Assembly: GCA_035518615.1 (NCBI GenBank)
Contig: DATIXL010000138.1
Location: forward strand, 669-64,668
Reading direction: 5' to 3'
Length of the DNA: 64,000 nt
From: Terriglobales bacterium
GTDB taxonomy: Bacteria; Acidobacteriota; Terriglobia; Acidiferrales; UBA7541
Positions within the stretch are counted from its first letter, which is position 1, and each line of letters begins with the position of its first letter. A program made the position numbers and the translations under genes. Shown here in pieces: positions 9,201 to 19,584 of this stretch. Below the pieces are notes generated by a model that saw only the letters and a list, made by a program, of their open reading frames with translations, was not told where the DNA came from and did no database searches.

Positions 9201-9870
9201 CCTGGATGACGTCCGGATTCGGCAAAGGAACGTAAGTGGCCTGAGCGACGTTGTAGTCGGTAGCACTGATGCCTTCGATGAGATAGTTGTTGTTATCTTC
9301 GCGCTGTCCATTGACAAAGAGTTTCACAGATCCCCGGCCGAGCTGTGCGGCGGCATTCAATTCGCCGGACGCACCCGTGGAGAGGGTGAGGAGCTCCTGA
9401 TAGTTTTGGGTAGCGAGAGGAAGCTCACGGATCGTCTGGGTCCCGAGCGACTGGCCGGTAGTCGCATTGGTGGTTTCGACAGTGGTGACTTCGGCGGTGA
9501 TTTCCACCTTTTCGGCCACGGAACCGGGCTTGAGCGTGACGGTCACCTTTGCCGTCTCGGTGATCCGCACGTCAATGTTCGACGACCTTGCTTGAGAGAA
9601 ACCGCTCTTGTTCACCACCAAATAGTAGGTGCTCGGCGGAAGAAGAGCGACGACGAAACTCCCATCCGCGCCGGTGGGAAGCTTGCGGACCAGAGTATCT
9701 GTTGACGCATTGAAGATTTGAACCTCGGCGTTTGCGACGAAGCCTCCGCTGGTATCAACGACGTTGCCGCTGATGGCGCCGGTGGCGCCCCCCTGTCCAT
9801 AGGCCCTGACTCCGATGAAAGAAATGATGAGTGCGAATAGAGTTAGAACTACCTTTGCCGTGCGGTGCAT
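6268..9870 (-). CDS. TonB-dependent receptor, Oar-like, with N-terminal carboxypeptidase-regulatory-like domain
   Basis: 1200 aa; signal peptide; VNGQR..NN plug motif; FVQDDWK; C-terminal GTPRLIQFSLRYAF. Confidence 0.92.
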   Translation of the reverse strand: MHRTAKVVLTLFALIISFIGVRAYGQGGATGAISGNVVDTSGGFVANAEVQIFNASTDTLVRKLPTGADGSFVVALLPPSTYYLVVNKSGFSQARSSNIDVRITETAKVTVTLKPGSVAEKVEITAEVTTVETTNATTGQSLGTQTIRELPLATQNYQELLTLSTGASGELNAAAQLGRGSVKLFVNGQREDNNNYLIEGISATDYNVAQATYVPLPNPDVIQEFKVQTSLYDASQGRNGGGNVNAILKSGTRELHGDAYEFFRNDILNANDFFLNQQGLARPSVKQNIFGGSLGGPVVNEKAGFFFVNYQGTRQRSGLSPGTFISTTIPNLPDVRSESELISTFFPSGLPAGVTGLDPVSVALLNFKSNQFGGTSNGFLIPSGNPSTGAFAISSPGKYTDDQFTTNWDREFKGGEDKLSVRFFFADSEAYLPFGGGDLQESLGSTLASSISTASLNFPFDTPVHARFFNTTETHLFSPSLVNEFRFGFVHINDDLNNVPPVTVDDLGIDRPTNSVTDSIYKFVFASSGFEIGPAPFGNQQQTQNNYTFMDTLSWVKGAHVLRLGGDMTFVNLDKNFPQVFNGELFFTNTPDGLTDFQNFLLGTPEFSFGGGGVYNHKYRSNNYSVFVQDDWKAARDLTLNLGLRTEVFGAFHDGDCHIGNLDPNLASQGDFPFLYPSCVNSLNLSGLSGNSSVTTYDNNYSTGIGPRLGLAYDVFGHHTTTIRAGYGIYYVREDVGTVDQLSFQTPFLPVAFGGSPAGCMGSIYSQNPPAGCPNPNPNGLPQAGTLDPTFVPCLSVFQGFPGGDTTQAANYGNATGAACPGPLGSIGIFGLQVPRHFVVPSTQQWNVTVQRSLGKDWVLEVGYIGTHAIHLRETRDSLQSQNATPSSPVKISSPYCNPNPCTITANTFDNAVARSLVQGINGYAGFQLFANDAYSHYNSLQTTLSRRWSRGYFQAAYTFSRSTDATSTGNTAFNTAFNDESSLDASRGLSDFDRTHRFVVSYRYDLPFFASAEGIKRVLLSNWAVSGITTAQSGAPFSVTDSGAGSAFLGLGFTPGTLGGQLASGATIASGLSGGSIGQRVTNGYLNPAAFTTAPLLYPTQCASDSNYCTTAFGDLGRNIYRGPFQQNWDFSLIKNFKFTERQSLRFTTDFFNLWNHPNFANPTVTDVETIGVPNSPFGKITSTVGTPRLIQFSLRYAF

Positions 9871-10003
9871 GATTTTCCCTCAGTCTGAGAACTGCGCTGC
9901 AGTGATTAGCGATCCCCACCCCACGATGCAGGAGCCCCAACCCCAGCGATCGAGCGGATCCTAAGACGCAGAGCGGGAGCGATTGACACAATCCCCCTAA
10001 CTG

Positions 10004-10032
10004 AAACTAATGATTCACTTTGCGCGTGTCAA
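10004..10032 (-). promoter_or_regulatory. Putative sigma70 promoter for TBDR 1
   Basis: Minus strand TTGACA (10032-10027), 17-nt spacer, TAGTTT (10009-10004). Confidence 0.45.
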
Positions 10033-10228
10033 GACGCCGGGCACGCGATTTTCTCATGCAACGCATCGACGGAATGTTTTCTGGCAGCGGGCCTCGCAAC
10101 GCCGGAAATAGATCCTGGCGAATGGAGGATGGAAAGTCCTATGAGGAGGGAGTCGTCCGGAGTAACGTGTTCCCAACTTTCGGCGTCATACTATGTACAG
10201 GTCATCTGCCGCACTGACGGGGGTGAGT

Positions 10229-11935
10229 ATGTCAAAACCAAATCCCATCCGAACCGCTGTGGTTGTCCCGTTTCTCATCGGGTGTTTTTGGGTGTCTCCC
10301 GTTCGAGCAGACGTGAGCCATGCCCGGATCGTGCGTTTGAGTATTGTGCAGGGTGACGTTCGCTTTGCGGAGGATGTGAAGGGAGATTCTCTGACCGCTT
10401 CCGGAGCAGGATGGCAGACCGCAGTAATGAATTTGCCGATTCGGCAAGGATATGTGCTGGCAACGGATAAGGGCCGGGCTGCCGTGGAGTTTGAGAACGG
10501 GGCTATGGCGTTTCTGGCAGAGAATACGGTCCTGGAATTTTACGATCTTTCCCTAGAAGATGGAGCGAGAACGACCCGGCTGATTCTTCGCCAGGGCTCG
10601 GCGGAGTTTACAGTAAATCCGGAGCGAGGTGAGTATTTCAGCGTGACAGGCGGGGACTTCAGCGTGCAAGCCGAGGGCAGGACGACATTCCGGGTGAATA
10701 ATTTCGATGACGGCAGCAACGTTCAGGTATTTCAGGGGCGGATTTCCGTCCTATCCAAAGATAAACAAACGCCACTCACGAGGGGGCAATCGCTATCGAT
10801 GAGGGCCGGCGATCCGCGATCGGAATCCGTTGGGAACGCAGCAGCGCCAGATGATTTTGATCAATGGGTTGGCGGCAGAGTGCAGGCGGCCGAAACGGCG
10901 ACATCTGCAGCTCTCCAGAGTCCCAATTATGGGGGATATGTCTCCGGATTCGGAGATTTGTACACCTACGGGAGTTGGTTTGGCGTTGGCGGATATGGGA
11001 GTTGCTGGATGCCATACGGGGTAGGCTTCGGCTGGTCTCCCTTTAATTCCGGGAGCTGGTATTTCGATCCGACCCTGGGGTGGACATTCGTGGGGAGCCA
11101 GCCCTGGGGATGGTTGCCCTACCATTACGGAGGTTGGATCTCGGCACCGGGGTATGGATGGTGCTGGAGCCCGGGGCCCTACATCGGGAATTACGCAGGT
11201 TACGGATGGGGTTACAGGAACCACAGGCGCTGGAGGGCGGCAACGGCGGTCTGGGTGCGCTCGACGGGCTTGACCGGCCTGGTGCTGAGCAATCCGATGG
11301 ACAAGAATGGGAAAAAACCGATCAATTTGAGCCAGGGCGTGTTTCCCGTGAATGCCCGAAGCGTATCGGATCGAATGGTCGCGGAAACCGGTGCCAATTG
11401 GAAGATTGAGAAAAGGCCGGCGCAGAATCTTTTGCAGAGCAGCCTGCAACCCGCCGCTCAACCCGCGCCCCTGGCGATTTCCATGTTCGATGGCGGCGGG
11501 GGAGAAGCGGAGTCAGCACGAACGAGCGCTGGCAGCGAATCGAGAATCCTGTACGATCCGGCGAGCCATCGGTTCATCAACTCGAATGTGATCGCCCGGC
11601 ACGGCGACGTGGCCGGAGCCAATGGACGCGATTATCCGGCGACCGCGCGCGGCCAACTTGAGAGGGGCACGGCGGAAATGGGCAGAGATTCATTCCGAAG
11701 CGCGCAGATGCCGGTTCGTGCAAGCGCTCCGCCGCGGCCTAGTTTTGCGCCGCCACCAGTGCCGCGCTCGACAGTAATGGAACGCCCGAACAGCGGCTGG
11801 GGCGGCTCGCGATGGGGCGGAGGATCTTCGGGAGATGCATCCGGCGGATCGTTTTCGAGAGGGAGTGCGCCGGCGGCTAGCAGCCCCGCGCCGCGGGCGT
11901 CCGCGCCAGCACCTTCGGCAGGGCGACCGCACTAA
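10229..11935 (+). CDS. Secreted FecR-domain / DUF6600-like protein with low-complexity tail
   Basis: Signal peptide; SHARIVRLSIVQGDV FecR-type start; YG.W...PF..G.W...WGWLPYHYGGW block; Pro/Gly/Ser-rich C-terminus. Confidence 0.8.
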   Translation: MSKPNPIRTAVVVPFLIGCFWVSPVRADVSHARIVRLSIVQGDVRFAEDVKGDSLTASGAGWQTAVMNLPIRQGYVLATDKGRAAVEFENGAMAFLAENTVLEFYDLSLEDGARTTRLILRQGSAEFTVNPERGEYFSVTGGDFSVQAEGRTTFRVNNFDDGSNVQVFQGRISVLSKDKQTPLTRGQSLSMRAGDPRSESVGNAAAPDDFDQWVGGRVQAAETATSAALQSPNYGGYVSGFGDLYTYGSWFGVGGYGSCWMPYGVGFGWSPFNSGSWYFDPTLGWTFVGSQPWGWLPYHYGGWISAPGYGWCWSPGPYIGNYAGYGWGYRNHRRWRAATAVWVRSTGLTGLVLSNPMDKNGKKPINLSQGVFPVNARSVSDRMVAETGANWKIEKRPAQNLLQSSLQPAAQPAPLAISMFDGGGGEAESARTSAGSESRILYDPASHRFINSNVIARHGDVAGANGRDYPATARGQLERGTAEMGRDSFRSAQMPVRASAPPRPSFAPPPVPRSTVMERPNSGWGGSRWGGGSSGDASGGSFSRGSAPAASSPAPRASAPAPSAGRPH

Positions 11936-11953
11936 GAACCTCACGACACGGGT

Positions 11954-11989
11954 AGAAAAGCGGCCTTTTTAGCGGGACGCTTTTTCTTT
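11954..11989. terminator. Probable bidirectional terminator
   Basis: AGAAAAGCG...CGCTTTTTCT inverted repeat between convergent genes. Confidence 0.55.
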
Positions 11990-12003
11990 GGCCTGCACAA
12001 GTC

Positions 12004-12813
12004 TCACCCAAATATCATTCCAGCGTAGCCTACGACGGTCTCCATGTCCCCAGAAACATCGGCCGAGGTGGCGTACTCCACGAGCTCCGAGCGAGTTTCC
12101 TTCATGGTGTTTAGCGCAGTGATCATGGTGACGGCAGGTCCGAGGCCGCACATGGAGATCCCCTCGTTCCGGCAAACGTCGTACAGACCCTTTGCATCCA
12201 GCGCCAGAAGCTGCTCGACTGCTTGGGAATCTTTGCGGCGCGTTGTTGCGTCGTCTTCATAGTGGTTCAAATCGGAGGTTGTGAGGAGAAGTGCATCCTT
12301 GCCTTCCTGCTGCAGAATCTTGCCGAGCGCTTCGCCCAGATTCACGAGCGTTGGGAAATGAATCGTGCCCAAGGCGATGGGCACAAAACTGAAATCGGGA
12401 CGAAGAACCTGCAGGAAAGGAAGCTGCACTTCGAGAGAATGTTCCGCCGCATGCGCGATCACGTCGTTCTTGAGAGTGGAACAGGAGCCGCGGATCAAGC
12501 CGGCGAGATGAGAGTCAATCGGAGCGTCGCCTAGGGGTGTGCGCCAGGCGCCCTCGGAAAGGATCGCAGCAGATTCTCCATGCGGAGAATGCCGGACTCC
12601 GAGAATGATGATCTTCGAAGGCAGGGCGATTCGAGAGAAAACGGCGCCAGCCACGTGCCCGGAGTACATGTAGCCGGCGTGGGGGACAAGGCAGGCGCGC
12701 ACCGTCCTGTGCTTCTCTTGTGCGGAGGCGGCCGCGAACTCGCGGACCTGCGAAGTGAGTCTTGCAGGCTCAGAGGGATAAAAACGTCCGGAAACTGCGG
12801 GAAGGCGGAGCAT
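12004..12813 (-). CDS. AmmeMemoRadiSam system protein B (MEMO1 family)
   Basis: RLPAVSGRFYP, VPHAGYMYSG, EHSLEVQLPFLQ, TSDLNHY, SMCG, VVGYAG. Confidence 0.93.
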   Translation of the reverse strand: MLRLPAVSGRFYPSEPARLTSQVREFAAASAQEKHRTVRACLVPHAGYMYSGHVAGAVFSRIALPSKIIILGVRHSPHGESAAILSEGAWRTPLGDAPIDSHLAGLIRGSCSTLKNDVIAHAAEHSLEVQLPFLQVLRPDFSFVPIALGTIHFPTLVNLGEALGKILQQEGKDALLLTTSDLNHYEDDATTRRKDSQAVEQLLALDAKGLYDVCRNEGISMCGLGPAVTMITALNTMKETRSELVEYATSADVSGDMETVVGYAGMIFG

Positions 12814-12883
12814 CGAACTTCCGACAAAATATCATGGAGGCGAAAATCGGCGCAGGATTTTCGAGCACGGAAGCGGGCAAGGA

Positions 12884-13279
12884 TCAGATGGGCTTGGAAG
12901 GTTTCCCTTTGATTTTCATGGCTACATGGGAGGTCGGATCGTAATAAATGGTCACCTTGTCTCCGTATTGGTAGCCGCCCTTGTCAATGATGGCCTGCAT
13001 TTTCTGCGAAACTTCCTGCGAGAGCGAAAAAGTCTGGAGATCGAGTTCGTTATCCTTGGCGCGCACAGTGATCTGCGCAACGTTGGCGTTCACCACGGTG
13101 CCTTGAAACTTGGGATAGGGAGAGGAGTGGTGTGCGGCGGTCACCGCCTTGACCACAATAGCTGCCGTAGTGTCAATGACGGGCGCCGGAACTTGCGCGA
13201 ATGAAACCGCGCACGCTGCAGCGCTCAACGCCCCGACCAAGACGAGCCGCAACCCCACGAATTGGAACGAAGATTTCAC
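12884..13279 (-). CDS. Secreted hypothetical protein
   Basis: Signal peptide; beta-rich FQGTVVNANVAQITV...GDKVTIYY. Overlaps the upstream gene stop by 4 nt. Confidence 0.7.
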   Translation of the reverse strand: MKSSFQFVGLRLVLVGALSAAACAVSFAQVPAPVIDTTAAIVVKAVTAAHHSSPYPKFQGTVVNANVAQITVRAKDNELDLQTFSLSQEVSQKMQAIIDKGGYQYGDKVTIYYDPTSHVAMKIKGKPSKPI

Positions 13280-13659
13280 TCGATGTCGTCCGTCGCGATG
13301 CGCAAGGACTTCAGAAAGCGCACGTCCTGCGGAGTCATGGTAAGCCTTGCGGCCGGCTTCCTGTCCGGCTCCCCTTCGTGGAGTGATTCCTGATCCACCT
13401 GAATGCGCAGAGACTCGAGAAAACGCCTGTCCAGCGTGGTCAAGCGAGACTCCTTGCCGAGAGCGTCCCGCTTGGCGAGCCCGATGGTGGCGTCCAACTT
13501 AAGGACAATATCATAGCCATGCGCGCGCACTCCTGCAATCGCGCCGGTAATGCGGTCGGACTCAGAAACGGTGTCGTTGATCGCATGACCGAGCTCTTTC
13601 AGCAGGTTTTTCAGGTGATCGTCGAGTTGCAAGGTTGGCTCTCCTACCTCTCGGCTCAT
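13276..13659 (-). CDS. Hypothetical protein with duplicated D.RFL.SLRI motif
   Basis: DRRFLESLRI and DVRFLKSLRI. Start ATG 13659 chosen. Confidence 0.72.
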   Translation of the reverse strand: MSREVGEPTLQLDDHLKNLLKELGHAINDTVSESDRITGAIAGVRAHGYDIVLKLDATIGLAKRDALGKESRLTTLDRRFLESLRIQVDQESLHEGEPDRKPAARLTMTPQDVRFLKSLRIATDDIE

Positions 13660-13787
13660 TGTAGAACTCGAATTGTGTGGATACAAGCGCCTCCAATCGC
13701 CATGTCTCCAAATGGTTCACAGTCCTGCCGGACAGGAAAGAGGCACCGGCTTATCCACCGTTCGTTAATCCGCGCTAAGATGTTTCC

Positions 13788-14045
13788 ATGGACAGCACTG
13801 CAAGTGTGACCGCGAGGGGCAGGCCGGTCCCGGTCGGCTTCCGGCGGGCTTGGCGGGCGCTGCGGCAATTGTTCCACGAAATGATCGGAGCGCTTTTTGG
13901 CATCCTCGCGCTGATTTGGATTCAAAATAGCATCCGGGCCTGGGCAAAGGATGTTCCGCGCTGGGTAATAGGACTGGCGCTTGCCGTAGCTGGTTTATTG
14001 GCGGTCTTTGCATGGACCTCCTTCAGAAGGGCCAGGGAATTGTAG
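13788..14045 (+). CDS. Small membrane protein (two TM segments)
   Basis: Hydrophobic [14 protein letters not shown] and [18 protein letters not shown]. Confidence 0.65.
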   Translation: MDSTASVTARGRPVPVGFRRAWRALRQLFHEMIGALFGILALIWIQNSIRAWAKDVPRWVIGLALAVAGLLAVFAWTSFRRAREL

Positions 14046-14106
14046 CAATCTCGAAAGCTGCGCAAGTGCAATCCCAGCCGGTTTTTCAAAGGATTCGAGC
14101 GCGACA

Positions 14107-15726
14107 ATGGCCGAGCAAAAATGCAAAAGTGCCTCTGAGCGGCGAGAGCGCTTCACCACGCTTTCCGGCCTGCACCTAAATCGTCTCTATGGCCCAGAGA
14201 GTCTCGTCAAGGGGGATGTGGAAGAAGCTCTCGGTTTTCCTGGTGAAGATCCCTACACCCGTGGCATCCACCCAACGATGTACCGGGGCCGACTGTGGAC
14301 AATGCGCCAGTATGCGGGATTCGGAACGGCCGTGGAGTCCAACCAGCGCTATCGCTATCTCCTTGCGAAGGGACAAAAAGGGCTTTCCGTGGCGTTTGAT
14401 CTGCCAACGCAAATCGGGATGGATTCCGACCATGCGCTTGCAGCGGGAGAAGTGGGCCGCGTGGGCGTGGCGATCGACTCGCTCGAAGACATGGAAGCGC
14501 TTTTTGAAAGTATTCCGCTCGAAACCGTCTCGACTTCGATGACGATAAATTCGACGGCGGCCATTCTGCTTTGTCTCTACGTTGCCGTGGCGAAAAAACA
14601 GAACGCGGACCTCGCGAAGATTTCCGGAACGGTGCAGAACGATATTCTCAAGGAATATATCGCGCGAGGAACGTACATCTATCCGGTGCGCCCCGCCATG
14701 CGCCTGGTTACCGATCTTTTTGCCTGGTGCCGCGATCACCTGCCCAAGTGGAATACAATCTCCATCTCCGGTTATCACATCCGCGAAGCGGGTTCCACGG
14801 CAGTTCAAGAAGTGGCTTTTACGCTCTCAGACGGCATCGCATACGTGCAGGCCGCCGTGGATGCAGGGCTCCCCGTGGACGAATTCGCGCCACACCTTTC
14901 TTTTTTCTTCAATGCGCACAACGATCTGCTCGAGGAAATCGCCAAGTTTCGCGCGGCGCGCCGCTTGTGGGGCCGCATCATGAGCGAACGTTTCAAGGCG
15001 CGTGACCCACGCTCGAGGATGCTGCGGTTTCACGCGCAAACGGCAGGTTCATCGTTGACGGCGCGCCAGCCGGAAAACAATATCGTGCGCGTGTCCATCC
15101 AGGCGCTTGCAGCGGTTCTCGGCGGATGCCAGTCCCTGCACACGAATTCGATGGATGAAGCACTGGCATTGCCCACGGAGGATGCGGCGCTGATCGCATT
15201 GCGCACGCAGCAAATCCTGGCGAACGAAACCGGCGTGGCCAACACCGTTGATCCGGTTGCCGGGTCCTACGCCATTGAAGCTCTCACCAATACAATTGAA
15301 GAAAGGGCCGGCGAGTACATTAGTAAAATTGATTCCCTGGGAGGAACACTTCGCGCGATCGAGTCGGGGTTTGTCCAGGGAGAAATTCAGAAGGCCGCGT
15401 ACGACACCCAGCGCGCGATCGAGACCGAAGAACAGATGATTGTGGGCGTGAATGAGTTTCTTGCGGAAGAAGACCGAGCGATCGCCACGCTCCGCATTGA
15501 CCAGAACATCGAGCAAACACAGGTCGCTCGTCTTCAAGCTCTTCGCAAAAGGCGTGATTCCTCCAAGACACAACTCGCGTTGAAGGAACTTGAGCGGCGC
15601 GCGGCTACATCGGAGAATCTGCTTCCCGCCATTCTTTCTGCAGTGGAAGCCTATGCCACGCTTGGGGAAATTTCGGATGCCTTGCGCCGCGTATTTGGCG
15701 AATACCAGGAGTCCCTGCGCTTGTAG
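14107..15726 (+). CDS. Methylmalonyl-CoA mutase family, substrate-binding subunit (no B12-binding domain)
   Basis: [55 protein letters not shown]. Confidence 0.95.
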   Translation: MAEQKCKSASERRERFTTLSGLHLNRLYGPESLVKGDVEEALGFPGEDPYTRGIHPTMYRGRLWTMRQYAGFGTAVESNQRYRYLLAKGQKGLSVAFDLPTQIGMDSDHALAAGEVGRVGVAIDSLEDMEALFESIPLETVSTSMTINSTAAILLCLYVAVAKKQNADLAKISGTVQNDILKEYIARGTYIYPVRPAMRLVTDLFAWCRDHLPKWNTISISGYHIREAGSTAVQEVAFTLSDGIAYVQAAVDAGLPVDEFAPHLSFFFNAHNDLLEEIAKFRAARRLWGRIMSERFKARDPRSRMLRFHAQTAGSSLTARQPENNIVRVSIQALAAVLGGCQSLHTNSMDEALALPTEDAALIALRTQQILANETGVANTVDPVAGSYAIEALTNTIEERAGEYISKIDSLGGTLRAIESGFVQGEIQKAAYDTQRAIETEEQMIVGVNEFLAEEDRAIATLRIDQNIEQTQVARLQALRKRRDSSKTQLALKELERRAATSENLLPAILSAVEAYATLGEISDALRRVFGEYQESLRL

Positions 15727-15856
15727 GGTCTTTCAACATCTTGCGAAGCCATGTTTGCGCGCGAGGCGTTCCAGCCAAGGCCAGGGGGACCGGCTGAACG
15801 ACGGAACAGGCTGTCACCGCGAAGGCTCTGTAGTATGCTGGCCGCGAAACACGGCA

Positions 15857-16432
15857 ATGAAGTTGATTCTCGCATCCGCTTCTCCACGGCGCGCGGAAAT
15901 CCTGCGTGACGCCGGATTCGCCTTCGCAGTTCTCTCTTCCGCGGTCGATGAAACGCCGATGCCGGGAGAGTCACCGCCGGACCTTGTGCAGCGGCTGGCA
16001 GTGGCCAAGGCAGAACTCGTGGCCGCTCGCGCAGTGGGTCCAGCGATTGTGATCGCCGCGGACACGGTGGTCACGCTGGAAGGCGCAATCCTGGGAAAAC
16101 CGCGGACCACAGAGGATGCGCGGCAGATGCTGGAACAATTGTCCGGCCGCACTCACTCCGTTTTCACGGGGGTTTCCTTGATCCGTCTTCCGGATGCAGA
16201 GCGCCGCCAGTTTGTAGAGGTCACTCAGGTTCACTTTGCGAGCGTTTCTTCCGAAGAGGTCACGCGCTACCTCTCGAGTGGCGAACCTTTTGACAAAGCG
16301 GGAGCCTATGCGATCCAGGGCCGAGCAGGCCGCTTCATCCCGAGGATTGAAGGATGTTATTTCAATGTGGTCGGCTTGCCGCTCGCCCGTCTGTGCCGCA
16401 CTCTTTCCGAGATGGGATGGGTTGAGGATTAA
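15857..16432 (+). CDS. maf: Maf family nucleotide pyrophosphatase
   Basis: MKLILASASPRR, ADTVV, DKAGAYAIQG, NVVGLP. Confidence 0.95.
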   Translation: MKLILASASPRRAEILRDAGFAFAVLSSAVDETPMPGESPPDLVQRLAVAKAELVAARAVGPAIVIAADTVVTLEGAILGKPRTTEDARQMLEQLSGRTHSVFTGVSLIRLPDAERRQFVEVTQVHFASVSSEEVTRYLSSGEPFDKAGAYAIQGRAGRFIPRIEGCYFNVVGLPLARLCRTLSEMGWVED

Positions 16433-16460
16433 CCTCAAGACAATCGACCGTTCGTACCCA

Positions 16461-16491
16461 AAAAGCAAAAGGGGCGGCCCGGTGGCCGCCC
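16461..16491 (-). terminator. Intrinsic terminator after tatA
   Basis: GGGCGGCC/GGCCGCCC stem, followed on the minus strand by TTTTGCTTTT. Confidence 0.7.
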
Positions 16492-16534
16492 TGTCTCGAG
16501 GATGTTCCGTTGAATAGGCTGAATACCTTTTGAC

Positions 16535-16741
16535 CTATTTCTTCTCCTCGGCGGGCTTCTCGGATGGGGCCGGCGTCTGCGCGGCAGGGGGTGCCGCCTG
16601 TGAATGTGAGGTTCCAGACATGCCTTCCTTGAATCCGCGAACACCTTCGCCGAGGCCGCGCATCAATTCGGGGATCTTTCGGCCGCCGAACAAAATCAGG
16701 ATAACCACAGCGATAATCAGCCAATGCAGCGGAAATTCCAT
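16535..16741 (-). CDS. tatA: Twin-arginine translocase TatA/TatE subunit
   Basis: HWLIIAVVILILFGGRKIPELMRGLGEGVRGFK; AGGAGG SD. Confidence 0.93.
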   Translation of the reverse strand: MEFPLHWLIIAVVILILFGGRKIPELMRGLGEGVRGFKEGMSGTSHSQAAPPAAQTPAPSEKPAEEKK

Positions 16742-16815
16742 AAATCCTCCTACCCCCGCAAAACCCAATCTATCGCGCCTGCCACTCGATCCGAAAGACG
16801 AGAGTTTGCTTGAAA

Positions 16816-18726
16816 TCAGAGTATAACACGCTCATCACCCGCTCGCCGCGTCACCCGCTCGCGATCCAGATATTCCAGCAAGGGAATTGCGTACTTTCTG
16901 GTGATTCCCGTCAATTCCTTGAAAACCGGCACGGTGATTCGCTCTCCCTTCGCCTTCCTGTATTCCTGAAGCTTCTCGCGTAATTGCCTCAAGGCCGCGG
17001 GATGAAACACCAGCTCTGGAGTGACGCGCACCAAATTGTTTTCGCGCAGAAGGAGCTGCAGGAGCTTCTCCGCGCGTTTCGGCTCGACGGGCAATTGCGA
17101 AAGGACTTCTCTTACCGAGGGTACCGCCAGCCCGGCCTTGGCAAAAGCCGCCTCGATTTGTTCCTTTGAGCGCGCTTCTTCGGGCTGAAGCGCAATGGCA
17201 GCGCCCGCTTTTCTGACCAGCTCGCCAGCGAGCTCAATTTTCTTCTCCGCAACGAGCGCCTCGAGCACCGCGCGAAATACCACCTGCCTTACGCGCCGGC
17301 CAAGGCTAATCCGGAGGTCCTCCCGGGGCATTCCTGGCGAAAGCGGATTTTCCCTATGAAAGTTTGCGATGGTTTCCGCGAGCCTGAAGCGGAGTTGCTC
17401 AAAATCCTTCGAGGCGAGCAGGAGAAGAGGATCGGAGGAAAGGTGCTTCGCCTGACCGGAATTCACGAGCTCGCGGGCAACCTCGATGATCTCCGCGTCC
17501 AGCCAATTCATGCGCGCGGCGATCTCGGCAAAGGTCAAGCCGAATGGCGCGCGCGCGAGCATTGCCGCAAGAATTTCTTCGCGCGTGCCATTTTCCAGCG
17601 TTCCGAGAAATTTCAAACGGCTTGCATCTCGCGCCAGGGGGCGACGGGCGAGCGGATCCAGAATAATTCCGCCGCCGATCGTCACCACGGGCGAGAATTG
17701 CCTCGCGATAAAACGATCTCCCTTTAGAACAGGGAGCGCATCGTTCAGACGCAATTGACCGTAGGCGTCCTCGCCCGGCTGCAAAACGCTGCGCTCATAA
17801 AGAAATACCTCTGCGGTGGCTTCGGCGGAGGAAGTGTGCAAGTGGACTTTGCTTCTTTGCTTTAATTTCGGCGCGGATTTCAAAAGCTGCAGCCGCACGT
17901 CCATTCGCCGGCTGCCGCGAAAACGTCCGGGCACCACAAGGGCCATTCCTCTCTTTATGGCAGTGTGCTCGATTCCGCTCAGGTTGACGGCGGTCCTTTG
18001 CCCCGCCACAGCTTGCTCCACATTTCGGCCGCCGGACTGCAGGCCCCGCACGCGCAAATAATCCCCTTGAGGCAGCAGCTCGACTTGATCCCCCGGGGCG
18101 ACACTTCCGCTGATCAACGTACCGGTGACGACCGTACCGAAGCCTTTGATCGCAAACGAGCGGTCAATCGGGAGGCGAAAATGGCGTCGCGCATCCTTAA
18201 TGGGGATCTCCGCTGCGAGCTTTTGCAACGCGCGCTTGAGTTCCTGAATTCCCTCCCCGGTTTTCGCGCTGACAGGAATGATCGGAGCATTTTCGAGAAA
18301 GGTGCCTCTCAAGTAATCTGCCACTTCGAGAGAAACCAGTTCTCGCGTTTCGGCGTCCACTAGATCGGTCTTGGTCAGGGCTACGATGCCTCGCGAAATT
18401 CCCAACAGGCGGCAAATGTCAAAATGCTCCCGAGTTTGCGGCTTGATGGATTCATCCGCCGCGATCACCAACAAAACAATGTCAATCCCTGCGGCCCCTG
18501 CCAGCATGTTGCTCACAAATCTCTCGTGACCGGGCACATCCACGAAGCCGAAATTGACCCCTCCCTCTTCCAGAAAGGCGAAACCGAGGTCAATGGTGAT
18601 GCCGCGACGCTTCTCCTCTTCGAGGCGGTCGGGATGCGTTCCTGTCAACGCTTCCACGAGCGAGGATTTGCCGTGGTCAATGTGACCGGCAGTCCCGACG
18701 ATCACACTTCTTGGCAATGAGCTCAT
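16816..18726 (-). CDS. selB: Selenocysteine-specific translation elongation factor
   Basis: [25 protein letters not shown]; C-terminal winged-helix [13 protein letters not shown]. Confidence 0.96.
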   Translation of the reverse strand: MSSLPRSVIVGTAGHIDHGKSSLVEALTGTHPDRLEEEKRRGITIDLGFAFLEEGGVNFGFVDVPGHERFVSNMLAGAAGIDIVLLVIAADESIKPQTREHFDICRLLGISRGIVALTKTDLVDAETRELVSLEVADYLRGTFLENAPIIPVSAKTGEGIQELKRALQKLAAEIPIKDARRHFRLPIDRSFAIKGFGTVVTGTLISGSVAPGDQVELLPQGDYLRVRGLQSGGRNVEQAVAGQRTAVNLSGIEHTAIKRGMALVVPGRFRGSRRMDVRLQLLKSAPKLKQRSKVHLHTSSAEATAEVFLYERSVLQPGEDAYGQLRLNDALPVLKGDRFIARQFSPVVTIGGGIILDPLARRPLARDASRLKFLGTLENGTREEILAAMLARAPFGLTFAEIAARMNWLDAEIIEVARELVNSGQAKHLSSDPLLLLASKDFEQLRFRLAETIANFHRENPLSPGMPREDLRISLGRRVRQVVFRAVLEALVAEKKIELAGELVRKAGAAIALQPEEARSKEQIEAAFAKAGLAVPSVREVLSQLPVEPKRAEKLLQLLLRENNLVRVTPELVFHPAALRQLREKLQEYRKAKGERITVPVFKELTGITRKYAIPLLEYLDRERVTRRAGDERVIL

Positions 18727-18811
18727 AGAAATCACGTTGGGTGAAGGACTCTCTGGGATGCTACTGGAGTTGGGAAGAGCGGGTCAAACCTCGGGCAGGC
18801 CTCCCGATTTT

Positions 18812-19555
18812 TTATCGTGCTGCGGCGATCTCTTCCACAATTGCCTGTATTGCCGCTCGGGGATCTTCAGCAGTAAGGATTGGCCGGCCTACAACGATGT
18901 AATCCGCGCCGGCGCGAATGGCTTCTGAAGGAGTGGCTGTCCGGGATTGGTCGTCGCCCTTGAGAGCTTTAGATTTACCGCCCGGCCGAACCCCGGGCGT
19001 GACGATCAGGAATTCACGTCCACATGCTTTGCGAATCATTTTGGCTTCTTGGACGGAGGCCACAACGCCATCTACACCAGCCTTCTTTGCAAGACGAGCC
19101 AGCTTGACGGCACGGTCTAGGGGGGTGCCGCCTACGCCGACGTCCCGCATGGCTTTTTGGTCCATGCTTGTCAGAATGGTGACGGCCAAGAGGCGCGGTC
19201 GATCCGCTCCCATTGGAACTCCGGCGCTGATGGCCTGGGCCGCTGCTTCAAGCATTGCTTTGCCACCCAACGCATGGACATTGACAAGCTGAACACCCGG
19301 CACGGCTGCTGCCGAAAGCACGGCGCCGGCAACGGTGTTGGGAATGTCATGAAATTTCAAGTCGAGGAAAATCCCTGGACCCAAAGCAGCGACTTCCTTG
19401 ATGGCGGCGGGACCTGCTGCGGTGAAGAGCTGACTGCCAATTTTGAAAAGCCCGACGACATCCGCGACTTGAGTGGCGAATTTTAGGGCCGAAGAAATGG
19501 AATCGAAGTCCAGTGCGACGATCAGGCTGCTTCGGGGATGTGCGTCGAAGGTCAC
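18812..19555 (-). CDS. pyrF: Orotidine-5'-phosphate decarboxylase
   Basis: IVALDF, FLDLKFHDIPNTV, VTPGVRP, VVGRPI. Confidence 0.96.
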   Translation of the reverse strand: MTFDAHPRSSLIVALDFDSISSALKFATQVADVVGLFKIGSQLFTAAGPAAIKEVAALGPGIFLDLKFHDIPNTVAGAVLSAAAVPGVQLVNVHALGGKAMLEAAAQAISAGVPMGADRPRLLAVTILTSMDQKAMRDVGVGGTPLDRAVKLARLAKKAGVDGVVASVQEAKMIRKACGREFLIVTPGVRPGGKSKALKGDDQSRTATPSEAIRAGADYIVVGRPILTAEDPRAAIQAIVEEIAAAR

Positions 19556-19584
19556 GTTATTCTCTGCCCCCCGACTTTGGGGTT

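Noticed and set aside
16816-18726. Selenoprotein genes (in-frame TGA) near selB
   Set aside because: No gene in the window showed homology continuing past a TGA. The one in-frame TGA checked (end of the ORF at 41133-41333) is followed by TAA within five codons.
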